9,727 nt of DNA from an uncultured archaeon (GCA_964510585.1 CAZECW010000012.1:1-9727), one strand, 5' to 3'; counted from the stretch's first letter, positions 1 through 8,538 are shown. A program made the numbers and translations. The notes: a model not told the origin generated them from the letters alone.

Positions 1-248
1 GAATATGCTTGAAACAATTTGATGTATGGGTGTATCTATTTCAACAATTTGAGTATACAGGTATTCACTCAGCACCTTGATTATATGAACTCTTCCATAT
101 GGAATGCGTTTATTGTCTGGAATGCTGGCGTAAGCTCATCATGAATAATATCAACATTTCTTATTGCAGAATCATAATCGTTCTTCAATACAGCATTTAG
201 GATATCGTTTTGTATCTTTTTCTGCAGTTTATCATTCAATATTTCCAT
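1..248 (-). pseudogene. Frameshifted gene running off the left edge; tentatively an alpha-helical, DNA-alkylation-repair-like protein (function low confidence)
   Basis: ATG at 248 follows a purine-rich RBS (GGGGGAAGAGGT) and gives MEILNDKLQKK...DIIHDEL. This frame stops at 81. The -1 frame entered at GAG-CTT/TAC (133-130) stays open for 44 codons to base 1 (YASIPDNKRIPYGRVHIIKVLSEYLYTQIVEIDTPIHQIVSSIF). One extra T in CTT(T)AC would join them. The functional guess is only a recalled resemblance. Confidence 0.55.
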
Positions 249-297
249 ACCTCTTCCCCCATTCCAAAATTTCAAATGGTAGTAAATATAGAAAGAG

Positions 298-306
298 TTT
301 ATTAAA
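298..306 (-). promoter_or_regulatory. Putative archaeal TATA box for the leftmost gene
   Basis: TTTAATAAA on the minus strand, about 50 nt upstream of the ATG at 248. Confidence 0.4.
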
Positions 307-709
307 CCCTCTTGGATTCAAGAAAGGATATATTGTATAATTATTTCCCAACAAAAAATGTGAAACACCCCATTCCAACTTTTTCACACACAGTTTCAAA
401 CCATGAATAGAATAAAACAGTAGAAGAACCAAAAAGCAACAGTAAAAGCTAAACAAAAAATTTCAGAGAACACGAAATTTGTCAAACTATTTGTTGCGCT
501 CCTCATACTAAAACGCACGGCAGGATTCCTATGGCATTTCACAGCAGGATAAACTGTAGCTCCATTCGGGCTCAATAAAGATTTTAAATCAATAATGTTT
601 CTACAAGAAGAGAAGCTGAAGAAAAGATTAAATCGTATGGTAAAATGATTCCCCCTCCTTGATTGGTTATGTTTAGAAAACATGTATACAATGATTCCTA
701 CTACTGTAG

Positions 710-1018
710 ATGGTTATGAAAGAAAACCCTATTGTGATTACTATGCGCTTTTCACGCAAAGATTTGGAGAAAATAGAAGCCGTGAGAAACCAAGAGAATG
801 TTGATCGAACCACGCTGCTTAAGGATTCTATTGAGGACCGGCTACGCCTAAGGGTCATTCAAATTTACAAAAACGGTAAGCTGACCGCTTCAAGAGCTTC
901 TGAAATATTAAGGATACATCTACGAGAGTTCCTAGAAATGCTGGAGAGGGAAGGTGTCGCGGTAAATTGGAACTCGGAAACAGTCAAAGAGTACCTGAAG
1001 GCGAAATACGTGGAATAG
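710..1018 (+). CDS. UPF0175-family protein (putative antitoxin)
   Basis: 102 aa. N-terminal RHH-like segment (ITMRFSRKDLEKIE...VDRTTLLKDSIE) followed by the UPF0175-type C-terminus YKNGKLTASRASEILRIHLREFLEMLEREGV. The start could be 710 or 716. Confidence 0.8.
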   Translation: MVMKENPIVITMRFSRKDLEKIEAVRNQENVDRTTLLKDSIEDRLRLRVIQIYKNGKLTASRASEILRIHLREFLEMLEREGVAVNWNSETVKEYLKAKYVE

Positions 1019-1020
1019 CT

Positions 1021-1277
1021 CTGCTTCCAGCAGTGTTCAATGCAGGGTCACTGTCCCACCTAGCTCAAAAAATCAGGTTCCAACTTCTTGAGAAGCTTTT
1101 TAAATGTGTGTTAGTCGTCCTGGAAGTTAAAACCATTTTTCGCGCTTTTGAGATTTAAGTGGGGTTGTGGGGCCTTCTCTCTTAACGCTTCGAATTTTCT
1201 AGAGAATAAGCTGTAAAGCAAATAAGAGATGCGATGACCTCGCCGAAATCACTAGGAAAGCACAATTAACCAAGTAG
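1021..1277 (+). pseudogene. Decayed DUF3368/PIN-type toxin downstream of UPF0175
   Basis: Starts 2 nt after the antitoxin stop. AVFNAGSLSHLAQKIRFQLLEKLFKCVLVVLEV resembles the DUF3368 N-terminal pattern (recalled consensus VV-N/D-xGPLIHLAxIGxLxLLxxLFxxVxIPxEV), but the frame stops at 1158. A CDDLA remnant (1230-1244), resembling the conserved xDD motif, lies in another frame. No good start codon (CTG). Confidence 0.6.
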
Positions 1278-1324
1278 CCTCGCATACGAAAATATGGGTT
1301 TAAATTAAAGATACTCTCAGAAGC

Positions 1325-2218
1325 TTATTTCTTCTCCCTTTTTCTATAAGAGTACATTTTATGGTAATTATCCACCTTATTTTCTTTGACTAATCTGCTG
1401 GTGTATCTTCTTTTCACACCTGCGTAGTTTTTGTCACAGTAATTGGTTTGGTAGAGTTCCTCATATTTCGGAACCAAATCTGGGTCGTAACTTTTCAGAA
1501 ACTCCATGAACCTATCTCTTGCTTCCCCTCGAAAGTTGAGCATATCCAAAATTACAAAATCCACACCTACACCAGCAACTGTTTTTACGAGTTCTTCCAA
1601 GTCTTTCTCGCCGTCAGATATATATGGTAGTAGGGGAATTGCAGTGACTCCTACCGTTACCCCTGTTTCGTGAAGTTTCTGAACTATTTCAAGCCTCTTT
1701 TCTACACTGGGAACCTTGGGCTCTATCTTCTTTCTTAACTCCTCATTTAAAGTGGGCAGAGTGATTACCATGTTAAGAAAGCCCGTCTCATGGATTTCAC
1801 TCAGTATATCCAAGTCTCTCAACACCAAGTCGGATTTGGTGGTAAGCAGTAGGGAATTATGGTGCTCTAAAAATACTTCCAACACTTTTCTCGTGATTTT
1901 GAACCGGCTCTCAGCCGGCTGGTAAGGATCTGTTACTGTTGCCAAGTTGACCGTCAACTTTTTGTTCCACTTCTCCCTAGAAAACTCTTCACCAAGGATT
2001 TCCACCGCATTATTTTTCACGATGATTTTGTGAGAAAATTCTCCCCTTGGAAGCCCCAGGTATTCATGGGTGTATCTTGCATTGCAGTAAACACAGTTGT
2101 GTTCGCAACCCCGGTAAGTGTTGACTCCCCACTTGAAAGGCAAAAACCAAACATTGACATAATGAAGCATACTCTTAACATTAGCCTGCTCATAAATCAC
2201 TTCACTTGGTTTCACCAT
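1325..2218 (-). CDS. Radical SAM protein, SPL/Rv2578c-like (spore photoproduct lyase family)
   Basis: CxxxCxxC motif (GCEHNCVYC), NTYRGC, TVTDPYQPAE, TKSDLVLRDLD and IEPKVPSVEKRL are typical of this family. ATG at 2218 (MVKPSE) has AGGAG 7 nt upstream, which is better than the track start at 2236. Confidence 0.88.
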   Translation of the reverse strand: MVKPSEVIYEQANVKSMLHYVNVWFLPFKWGVNTYRGCEHNCVYCNARYTHEYLGLPRGEFSHKIIVKNNAVEILGEEFSREKWNKKLTVNLATVTDPYQPAESRFKITRKVLEVFLEHHNSLLLTTKSDLVLRDLDILSEIHETGFLNMVITLPTLNEELRKKIEPKVPSVEKRLEIVQKLHETGVTVGVTAIPLLPYISDGEKDLEELVKTVAGVGVDFVILDMLNFRGEARDRFMEFLKSYDPDLVPKYEELYQTNYCDKNYAGVKRRYTSRLVKENKVDNYHKMYSYRKREKK

Positions 2219-2311
2219 AAATATTCTCCTAATCACTAACTAGAAGAAATGAATATCAAAAAGATGAGGAGTGCTTAGCGTATTTTTGTGCGTCACTATT
2301 TGTTAGCTTTG

Positions 2312-3658
2312 CTAGCCTCCCAACTTTTTGGATTCCTTCCACAGTGGTTCTACCTTTTGTATCCACTCATCAATTTTTTGGGGATTTTTGGGGTAGTTTT
2401 CGTAGAGCTTTCTAAGTTTTGAGGAGATTCTTTGAACCGCTATTAGTTTACCTAGGCTTTCCCTTCTTAATCCTCCTTTGATTACTCCCGTCAAAAGTTT
2501 TCCCAAGGTACCAAGTGTTTTTCTAAGGGACGATTTCACTTCGAAGTCTCTGTTTATCTGGCTGAAGTCTTCCCCATTGAATATTACGTCCACATCAAAA
2601 AGGTAATTTACGTCGCTTCGGGTGAGGGTTGCTGCCGCGGGTAGCTGAGCCATGAGTGCTGCAAACTTGGCACCTTGATCCGTGAAATACCCTACATTAT
2701 AGTCCCACAATGATTCTTTTGAAACATCACCCTTCTCAAGAGCTTGTGTGGCTATTTCCGAAGCAATTTTGCAGCCTGTAAATCCCGAGGATACACCCTC
2801 ACCGGAGAAGGGCTTTGTGGTGAAAGCGGCGTCCCCCACAACCATAAAGCCATTTGCCACCAGTGAGTAGGGTGGTCTTCGGAAGGGTGTCCATCCTTGG
2901 CATGTTTTGACAAGTTTGTGTTTTTGTTGGAAGCGCTCCTTCTTGAACTCTTCTAGGACTTTTCTCGAGTTCTCGAAGGAAATGGGTTGGCCCACTCCGA
3001 GTATGGCTCCTTCACCATAGCTTGGATTAAAGAAGGTCTTGTGGAAGGGGTAAAAGTTCAACCCTTTTGGAAAGGGTTCTTCTATTTCATCCCAATATTC
3101 CAGAATAACGTGAAGCGTATCCTCAGGCTTTATGGGATCCGTTTCTATGCCCATCTTATCAGGTAGAGAGGTTCTCACAACACTTCTGATTCCCGAAGCA
3201 TCAACAGTTATGGGAGCAAGGAACTCAAGCGATTCCCCGTCTCGCTTCGCCTTTATACCAGTAAGGGTTTCTTTCTTAATGATTGGGGCCACATATTTAG
3301 TTTTATCAAATATTTTTGTTCCCGCATCCATGGCGTAACCATTTAGCCTTGAGATGAATAGCGGCAGACGCATGACACAGAACGTGTAGTTGATGACCTT
3401 GTAGTTGTCTCCATCAGGTGGCCACATTTTCCCGTCCCTGTATTTCCCCACCAGTTCCTCTCCCTTAGGCGACGGTATGCCGAACTGCTTGAATCTTATC
3501 TCGTCAAAATGAAAGATATCTATATGTTCCCCGAGAGTACCCAGCTTTTTCTCCTCCACGACAGCGACATTAAAACCCTTCTCAGCCATCTTCCAGGCAA
3601 AGTAACTCCCAGCAGTACCAGCACCAACCACAATTACATCAGCACGAATTTCACTCAA
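2312..3658 (-). CDS. Geranylgeranyl-reductase-family FAD-dependent oxidoreductase
   Basis: Rossmann motif DVIVVGAGTAG, VDASG, and VGDAAFTTKPFSGEGV (GDAA...P..GeG). The overall layout is that of GGR. TTG at 3658 is preceded by a GGAG RBS; the track start at 3667 is the alternative. Confidence 0.85.
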   Translation of the reverse strand: MSEIRADVIVVGAGTAGSYFAWKMAEKGFNVAVVEEKKLGTLGEHIDIFHFDEIRFKQFGIPSPKGEELVGKYRDGKMWPPDGDNYKVINYTFCVMRLPLFISRLNGYAMDAGTKIFDKTKYVAPIIKKETLTGIKAKRDGESLEFLAPITVDASGIRSVVRTSLPDKMGIETDPIKPEDTLHVILEYWDEIEEPFPKGLNFYPFHKTFFNPSYGEGAILGVGQPISFENSRKVLEEFKKERFQQKHKLVKTCQGWTPFRRPPYSLVANGFMVVGDAAFTTKPFSGEGVSSGFTGCKIASEIATQALEKGDVSKESLWDYNVGYFTDQGAKFAALMAQLPAAATLTRSDVNYLFDVDVIFNGEDFSQINRDFEVKSSLRKTLGTLGKLLTGVIKGGLRRESLGKLIAVQRISSKLRKLYENYPKNPQKIDEWIQKVEPLWKESKKLGG

Positions 3659-4248
3659 CCACTCCACAACCAGAAACTATCAACATAACATCAAAACCCA
3701 AAAAATAAGTATCAAACACAATACCACTGCACCAACCTATTTTTATACTTACCCATATTTTTTTCTTTTCCCCACATTGGTTTCCGTTCTGTCTGCTGCC
3801 ATACGTACCAGCGAAGGGAAGCCTTTCTCTACACGAGTTTATTAGCAAAGACAAGTGTGAATCTTAGTAGGTTTCTACATTTTCGATTTAATGATTCTAG
3901 TGTACACGTTCCTTGAATTTACCACGCACCTCTAAGATGTCTTCCCCTAAAACCCCAAATCGCATCATAACCCACTAGCACAATTTAAACAATCTATTCC
4001 CTGCATTAAAACTTTTCATTTAAATCATTAGGAAAGGCTTATTTGATCGGATTATTTTCTGAACATATACCTCGCCCTCTTTTATAATTCTCCATCACGC
4101 CAGAAGTACCCACAAAACCTCAGAAAACTATTTCATAGAAGTTTTTCGGGTACAAGGGATTAACACACCAACCTCCACAGGCGCCAAATATATGAAAAAA
4201 CAGTAATACAACAGTTACATACTCTGCGCATTGTCTCCACATGTTTTA

Positions 4249-4276
4249 GTAAGATTTAAGTAAGTCAAAGTCTTAC
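4249..4276 (+). promoter_or_regulatory. vapBC promoter with an inverted-repeat operator
   Basis: GTAAGATTT (4249-4257) and AAAGTCTTAC (4267-4276) are near-perfect inverted repeats overlapping a TATA-like TTTAAGTA (4255-4262). The box lies about 25-30 nt before the ATG at 4287, consistent with a leaderless mRNA. Confidence 0.6.
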
Positions 4277-4286
4277 ATCTGTAAAT

Positions 4287-4532
4287 ATGAAAGTAAGAAT
4301 GTCGTCAAAAGGTCAAGTGGTTATCCCTAAGGAGATTAGAGAGAAGCTTGGTATTAAGCCAGGAACAATTCTGAATATTAAGGCTGGAGATAAAAAAGTT
4401 ATACTTGAGTTGGCTCCAGAACCACCAGACGTGTTCGTAGAGGTTGGTGAGGTTGCAGAGAAAATTTTAAGAGAAGCAAAGGCGAGTAGCGACAAGGCGG
4501 AGAAACTTTTGAGGGATCTGGGTGTCGGCTAG
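4287..4532 (+). CDS. vapB: AbrB/MazE/SpoVT-family antitoxin
   Basis: Signature MSSKGQVVIPKEIREKLGIKPG. 81 aa. Overlaps the downstream PIN gene by 11 nt. Confidence 0.92.
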   Translation: MKVRMSSKGQVVIPKEIREKLGIKPGTILNIKAGDKKVILELAPEPPDVFVEVGEVAEKILREAKASSDKAEKLLRDLGVG

Positions 4533-4962
4533 AGTTTCAATCGACACCGGCGTATTTATAGACTACATTGACATAAAAAGCTCATTTCATAAACTTGCAC
4601 GAGCTCTTGTTGACTCCCTCAATAGGATGGAGGTATTTTTGCCCGGAGTCATTCTCGCGGAAACATGTTATGTTGCAGCTAGGATTTACAAAACTTTAGG
4701 GTTTAGCAACTTTTTGGAAAAGGCATTAAAAATTGTTGAGTGGCTTAACGGGCATCCGTCAATTCATATTGATCGCAGCTTCAACTTAGATATAGAGGCT
4801 GCAAAAATCAAAACCCAATACAACGTAGCCTTAACTGACTGCTACCTGTTAGCAATATCAAAAATTAGGAATAGCACTGTTGTATTCAGGAAGAGAGAAA
4901 AAGAGATGCCACTCCATTTGGAAAAAGATTTCAAGATTCTATTCTTGGAAGATTATGCGTAG
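4522..4962 (+). CDS. vapC: PIN-domain ribonuclease toxin
   Basis: Acidic PIN residues in IDTGVF, LAETCY and ALTDCYLLA. 146 aa. GTG start coupled to the antitoxin gene. Confidence 0.9.
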   Translation: MSARVSIDTGVFIDYIDIKSSFHKLARALVDSLNRMEVFLPGVILAETCYVAARIYKTLGFSNFLEKALKIVEWLNGHPSIHIDRSFNLDIEAAKIKTQYNVALTDCYLLAISKIRNSTVVFRKREKEMPLHLEKDFKILFLEDYA

Positions 4963-5045
4963 TTAGCTAATTTGCATAAACTAACTTGACAAAGGTAAAC
5001 TTGTTTTCTCAAATGAGTTTTCCCTAATTTTCCCTTTTATATGGT

Positions 5046-5090
5046 GACTTACTTTTCCCCTTTTTTTGGTAATTCGGGAAAAGTGGAGTC
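5046..5090 (+). terminator. Intergenic stem-loop containing an oligo-T tract
   Basis: ACTTTTCCC (5051-5059) pairs with GGGAAAAGT (5076-5084), extended by GACT/AGTC. A T7 run (5061-5067) lies in the loop. Located downstream of vapC. Confidence 0.4.
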
Positions 5091-5189
5091 AAACTAATTT
5101 AACACTATTAGGCTAATAACCGTTCTTGAAGAAAAAGAATATATGCTATATTTGTATTATATAGATTACTGGTTGGGAGGATTTGAAAG

Positions 5190-6518
5190 GTGTCTGTGCG
5201 TTATTGGAATAAAGAAATTGAAACTATGCCAATGGAGGATCTACGCCGGCTGAGAGATAAGAAGATTAAGCACATCGTTAAACTCTGCTATGACAAGGTT
5301 CCCTTCTATAGGGAGCACATGAACAAGTCGAAGGTGAAGCCAGGTGACATTAGAACCTACGACGACCTTCAGAAAATACCTATTTGGAGCAAGCCAGAGC
5401 TAAGAAAAGGACAGGCGCAGAAGCCACCTTACGGACCCTTTGTTTCCGAGGGAACAATCATTGCAGAAGTTGCGGGAAGCACCGGCACTACAGGAAAACC
5501 TACATACCAAATTTGGAGTCACGAAGATATGGAAAGAGCCGTTGACATTCTGGCAAGGGACTGTGTGATGGCGGGTGTGAAACCAGGGGATGTTGCCTAT
5601 CAGTGCTACCCTATGGGATTTGCTCGCGGCTACCACTGGGGTCTGCTGGCTTGTAGAGCCTGCGAGAGGGTTGGCGCTGGCTTCGTGGCTGCGGGTGTGG
5701 GTATCGATATCAATGATAGGATTGATTTCATTGCGGAGACAAAGCCCAATTGTTACATTGGCCCTGTTCGCTTAGCCTTAACCTTCGGCAAGTTACTCCA
5801 AGACAAGGGAGTGGAATCCCCATTTGAAAAATTAACGGTTGCAGGAGATCTCGGCCCAATAGAGGTTCCCAAAATGAGAGAGCGATTCAAGGCGGTTCAT
5901 CCGAAGGGAGAGATCTTCACCCTTTACGCTGGCACTGAAACAAGCACTGTCAGCGTTTTTGAGTGCACCGAACATGAAGGACACCACGTCTGGTTTGATT
6001 CGCTGGCCTTAGAACTCGTTGATCCGAGCACCGGAGAGAGGGTTTCGCCAGAGGAGAGAGGCGAGGCAATAATTAACAATCTCATCCTAGAGGGCATGCC
6101 CATAGTTAGGTACAGTATGGGTGACATTTTGGACTCCTACGAAGATAATCCAGAGATCTGTGGCTGCGGGCGGACTCACGGCAGACTCTGGGGAGGAATG
6201 GCGGGAAGAACAAAAGACATTGTTAAGGTGGCGGGGGTAGAAATACTCCCCAAAGATGTAGAGAACGCAGTACTTTCAATTAAAGAGCTATCAGGAAACT
6301 ACCAATATGTGGTAATAGCGGGTAAAGAAACGGAGGCTCTAAGAATCAAAGCTGAACTTATTGCAGGTGTGGAACCCAGCAGTGAACTAGAAAAAAGAAT
6401 ATCTGAAGACCTTAAAAAATCGCTAGGTGTTCCAGTAATAGTTAAACTGGCGAAACATGGAGAAATACCGCCACCACTATTCAAAATGGAGAGAATCATA
6501 GACCTCGAAAAATTCTAA
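5190..6518 (+). CDS. Phenylacetate-CoA ligase (PaaK) family acyl-CoA synthetase; substrate uncertain
   Basis: YWNKEIETMP N-terminus, AMP-binding loop GSTGTTGKP, YAGTE, ECTEHEGHH, RYSMGD, CGCGRT, GRTKD, and a C-terminal K..RIID. GTG start after a GGGAGG RBS. Confidence 0.88.
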   Translation: MSVRYWNKEIETMPMEDLRRLRDKKIKHIVKLCYDKVPFYREHMNKSKVKPGDIRTYDDLQKIPIWSKPELRKGQAQKPPYGPFVSEGTIIAEVAGSTGTTGKPTYQIWSHEDMERAVDILARDCVMAGVKPGDVAYQCYPMGFARGYHWGLLACRACERVGAGFVAAGVGIDINDRIDFIAETKPNCYIGPVRLALTFGKLLQDKGVESPFEKLTVAGDLGPIEVPKMRERFKAVHPKGEIFTLYAGTETSTVSVFECTEHEGHHVWFDSLALELVDPSTGERVSPEERGEAIINNLILEGMPIVRYSMGDILDSYEDNPEICGCGRTHGRLWGGMAGRTKDIVKVAGVEILPKDVENAVLSIKELSGNYQYVVIAGKETEALRIKAELIAGVEPSSELEKRISEDLKKSLGVPVIVKLAKHGEIPPPLFKMERIIDLEKF

Positions 6519-6543
6519 GAACAAAAATTCCCAAACACCAACA

Positions 6544-6567
6544 TTCTTTCTTTCCTTTTTTCTTTTT
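6544..6567 (+). terminator. Archaeal oligo(T) terminator after the CoA ligase gene
   Basis: Pyrimidine/T-rich tract TTCTTTCTTTCCTTTTTTCTTTTT starting about 25 nt after the stop codon. Confidence 0.55.
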
Positions 6568-6575
6568 AGTCTTTG

Positions 6576-6590
6576 CGTAAAGCTTTATAC
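6576..6590 (+). promoter_or_regulatory. BRE/TATA promoter for the thiolase-like gene
   Basis: CGTAAAG followed by CTTTATAC, about 55 nt upstream of the start and immediately after the terminator. Confidence 0.5.
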
Positions 6591-6644
6591 CTTGTTTCGA
6601 TAATTCAAGTTTAACTTGACATATTCTTCTTTAACTCCCTGGAG

Positions 6645-7814
6645 GTGTGTGAGACGCCTAAAGTGGCAGTTGTTGGTACTGGTCAAACTGAACACGGTAA
6701 AAGGCAGGATGTGAGTTTTCCGGAGTTGGTCTACACAGCGGTTAATAGGGCTTTGGATGATGCCGGTCTAACCATAGATGAAATTGATGCTGTTGTTACT
6801 GGTTCTATGCCTGCGCCTATGGAAGGAGTTAACGCTCCCCATTTATACTGGGGAACTGACTCGACTGGAGCATCTATGAAACCTATGATGAGGGTGGCTA
6901 CCTGCGGTTCAACGGGTATTTCTATTGCTCACTCTGCATTTTACCATGTGGCTTCAGGAATGTTTGATGTAGTTTTGGCTGTGGGTGCAGAGAAACAGTA
7001 TGAAGGTGAACCTCAGGGCACTATGCGCACAATTAGAGATGCATTCTTTCTTGCACCATTCTCTGCTGGAGCTCCTGGAACATTCGCCATCCAATCCAAT
7101 GAGTATATGCACCGCTACGGAAGGTCAGAGGACGAGGTACGCTTGGCAGCGGCGGAACTATCCGTTAGAAACCATACTGATGCTTTGGACAATCCATATG
7201 CCCACATAAAAATAAAAATAGGTGTTGAAGATGTGTTAAAGTCTCGAATCATCTGTTATCCCGTCAGGCTTTTAGACGTCTGTCCCTCATCTGATGGAGC
7301 TTGCGCCGTTATTTTTGCCTCCCAGGATAAGGCTAGAAAAATTACTGACACACCTGCTTGGGTTAGGGGATTAGGTTATTGTGGTGAGGAATATTGGCTT
7401 GCAGACGGGGACAAGGTGGTTTGGCAGTCTGCAATAACTGCTGCAAGAACCGCCTACAAGCTTGCGGGTATCAAAAATCCCCGAAAAGAAATAGATGTCG
7501 CTGAAGTCTATAACCCATTCACATTCCAGGAACTGCTCTTTTATGAATGCTTTGACTTCTGTGAGAAAGGAGAAGCAGTAAACCTGGTTAAAGAAGGCGT
7601 GGTTATGAGAAGTGGAGAACTTCCCTGCGATCCCTCGGGTGGAGTTCTATGCACTAACCCTATAGGAGCCACAGCCTTGGTAAGAGTTGCAGAAGCCGCA
7701 ATGCAAGTTACAGGAAAAGCAGGCAAACACCAAATACCAGACGCAGAAACAGCTCTAGCTCATGGAATGGGAGGACCGGAACAGCTGAACGGAGTAATGA
7801 TTCTTGGGAGATGA
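6645..7814 (+). CDS. Thiolase-superfamily protein (SCP2/lipid-transfer type), Ltp3-like
   Basis: VAVVGTGQT...RQDVS, CPSSDGACAV, AEVYNPF, DPSGGVLCTNPIGA and AHGMGG. The motif series follows actinobacterial Ltp3 as I recall it (CPSSDGACAV, AEIYVPF, NPSGGVLSANPIGA). The exact start is uncertain (6645 or 6663). Confidence 0.85.
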   Translation: MCETPKVAVVGTGQTEHGKRQDVSFPELVYTAVNRALDDAGLTIDEIDAVVTGSMPAPMEGVNAPHLYWGTDSTGASMKPMMRVATCGSTGISIAHSAFYHVASGMFDVVLAVGAEKQYEGEPQGTMRTIRDAFFLAPFSAGAPGTFAIQSNEYMHRYGRSEDEVRLAAAELSVRNHTDALDNPYAHIKIKIGVEDVLKSRIICYPVRLLDVCPSSDGACAVIFASQDKARKITDTPAWVRGLGYCGEEYWLADGDKVVWQSAITAARTAYKLAGIKNPRKEIDVAEVYNPFTFQELLFYECFDFCEKGEAVNLVKEGVVMRSGELPCDPSGGVLCTNPIGATALVRVAEAAMQVTGKAGKHQIPDAETALAHGMGGPEQLNGVMILGR

Positions 7815-8145
7815 AAACGACCTAAAAAATCAAAGCAAAACCTCAAAGAAGGTTGTTTAAACTGTATCCGTTTTAGAGGTTTGCAAATTTCTAATGACTA
7901 TCTTTTTTAAATGAAATCCGAAATTGGCCAAAAAACGCATTTTTTCAATGTTTTGCGCAGCCTATTTTTGAAGCCCATAATGCTGGGAAAATTGGGAAAA
8001 AGGAGGCCCAGAGGCCTTATGAATTTGGGAGTAGTATGTTACCGAACAGCAAGAGAAGTTTCTCTATTCTACCATTCGTAGTGGGTCTCCCGTTATAGTG
8101 TTTGGGAATCAAGGTTGCAAATGTTGATGCTGTGCTGGGAGGGTT

Positions 8146-8538
8146 TCATATTTCATATTCGTACTTTACATCGCCGAGTAGATAGATGAGTGCTGCTATC
8201 CCAAGGATTATGATAACTATGTTGAAGATTATGATCGTGTACATAAACAGGGCGATGGGTGCAACTATGAGGATTATTGAGGAGACTAGTGCAGTGTAGT
8301 ATCCCCACCTAGTCATACTCAGGATGCCTATTCCATCAACCAGAAGCAGAACACTAATAATTGTCCCAGCAATCAAAGACAAATAGCTACTAGGAACCAT
8401 GAAGGGAAAAATGCTTAATGTACTCATGACGCGAAACATTAATTGTACGTACACTATGTAGAGGAAATTGAACATCGCAAAGACTAGCATTAATATGCCT
8501 AAAATTGTTACCCCCGATGGCCTATAAGTCAACTCCAT
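8146..8538 (-). CDS. Small archaeal integral membrane protein (RPxGVTIL type), about 4 TM helices
   Basis: 130 aa, highly hydrophobic, with an N-terminal RPSGVTILGIL and a G.G....W..Y pattern. AGGAGG-like RBS upstream (AGTAGGAGGA). Confidence 0.75.
   Translation of the reverse strand: MELTYRPSGVTILGILMLVFAMFNFLYIVYVQLMFRVMSTLSIFPFMVPSSYLSLIAGTIISVLLLVDGIGILSMTRWGYYTALVSSIILIVAPIALFMYTIIIFNIVIIILGIAALIYLLGDVKYEYEI

Noticed and set aside
257-378. 11-bp direct repeat CCCCATTCCAA (257-267, 368-378)
   Set aside because: Two short copies with no array structure or element boundaries; could be chance.
232-683. Track ORFs 232..456 and 396..683
   Set aside because: No RBS or recognisable motifs, they overlap each other and a promoter, and their composition reflects A/T-rich intergenic DNA.
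1448-7726. Short track ORFs nested in or antisense to the main genes (1448, 1716, 2030, 3132, 3651, 4313, 5400, 5590, 5924, 6299, 6985, 7541 and 673..858)
   Set aside because: They are shadow frames of well-supported genes or intergenic noise, with no independent signals.
7815-8145. Possible small gene or hairpin (AAACCTC/GAGGTTT; AAGGAGG near 8000)
   Set aside because: The ORFs are about 20-30 codons with no motif, and the inverted repeat is short with a 30-nt loop.
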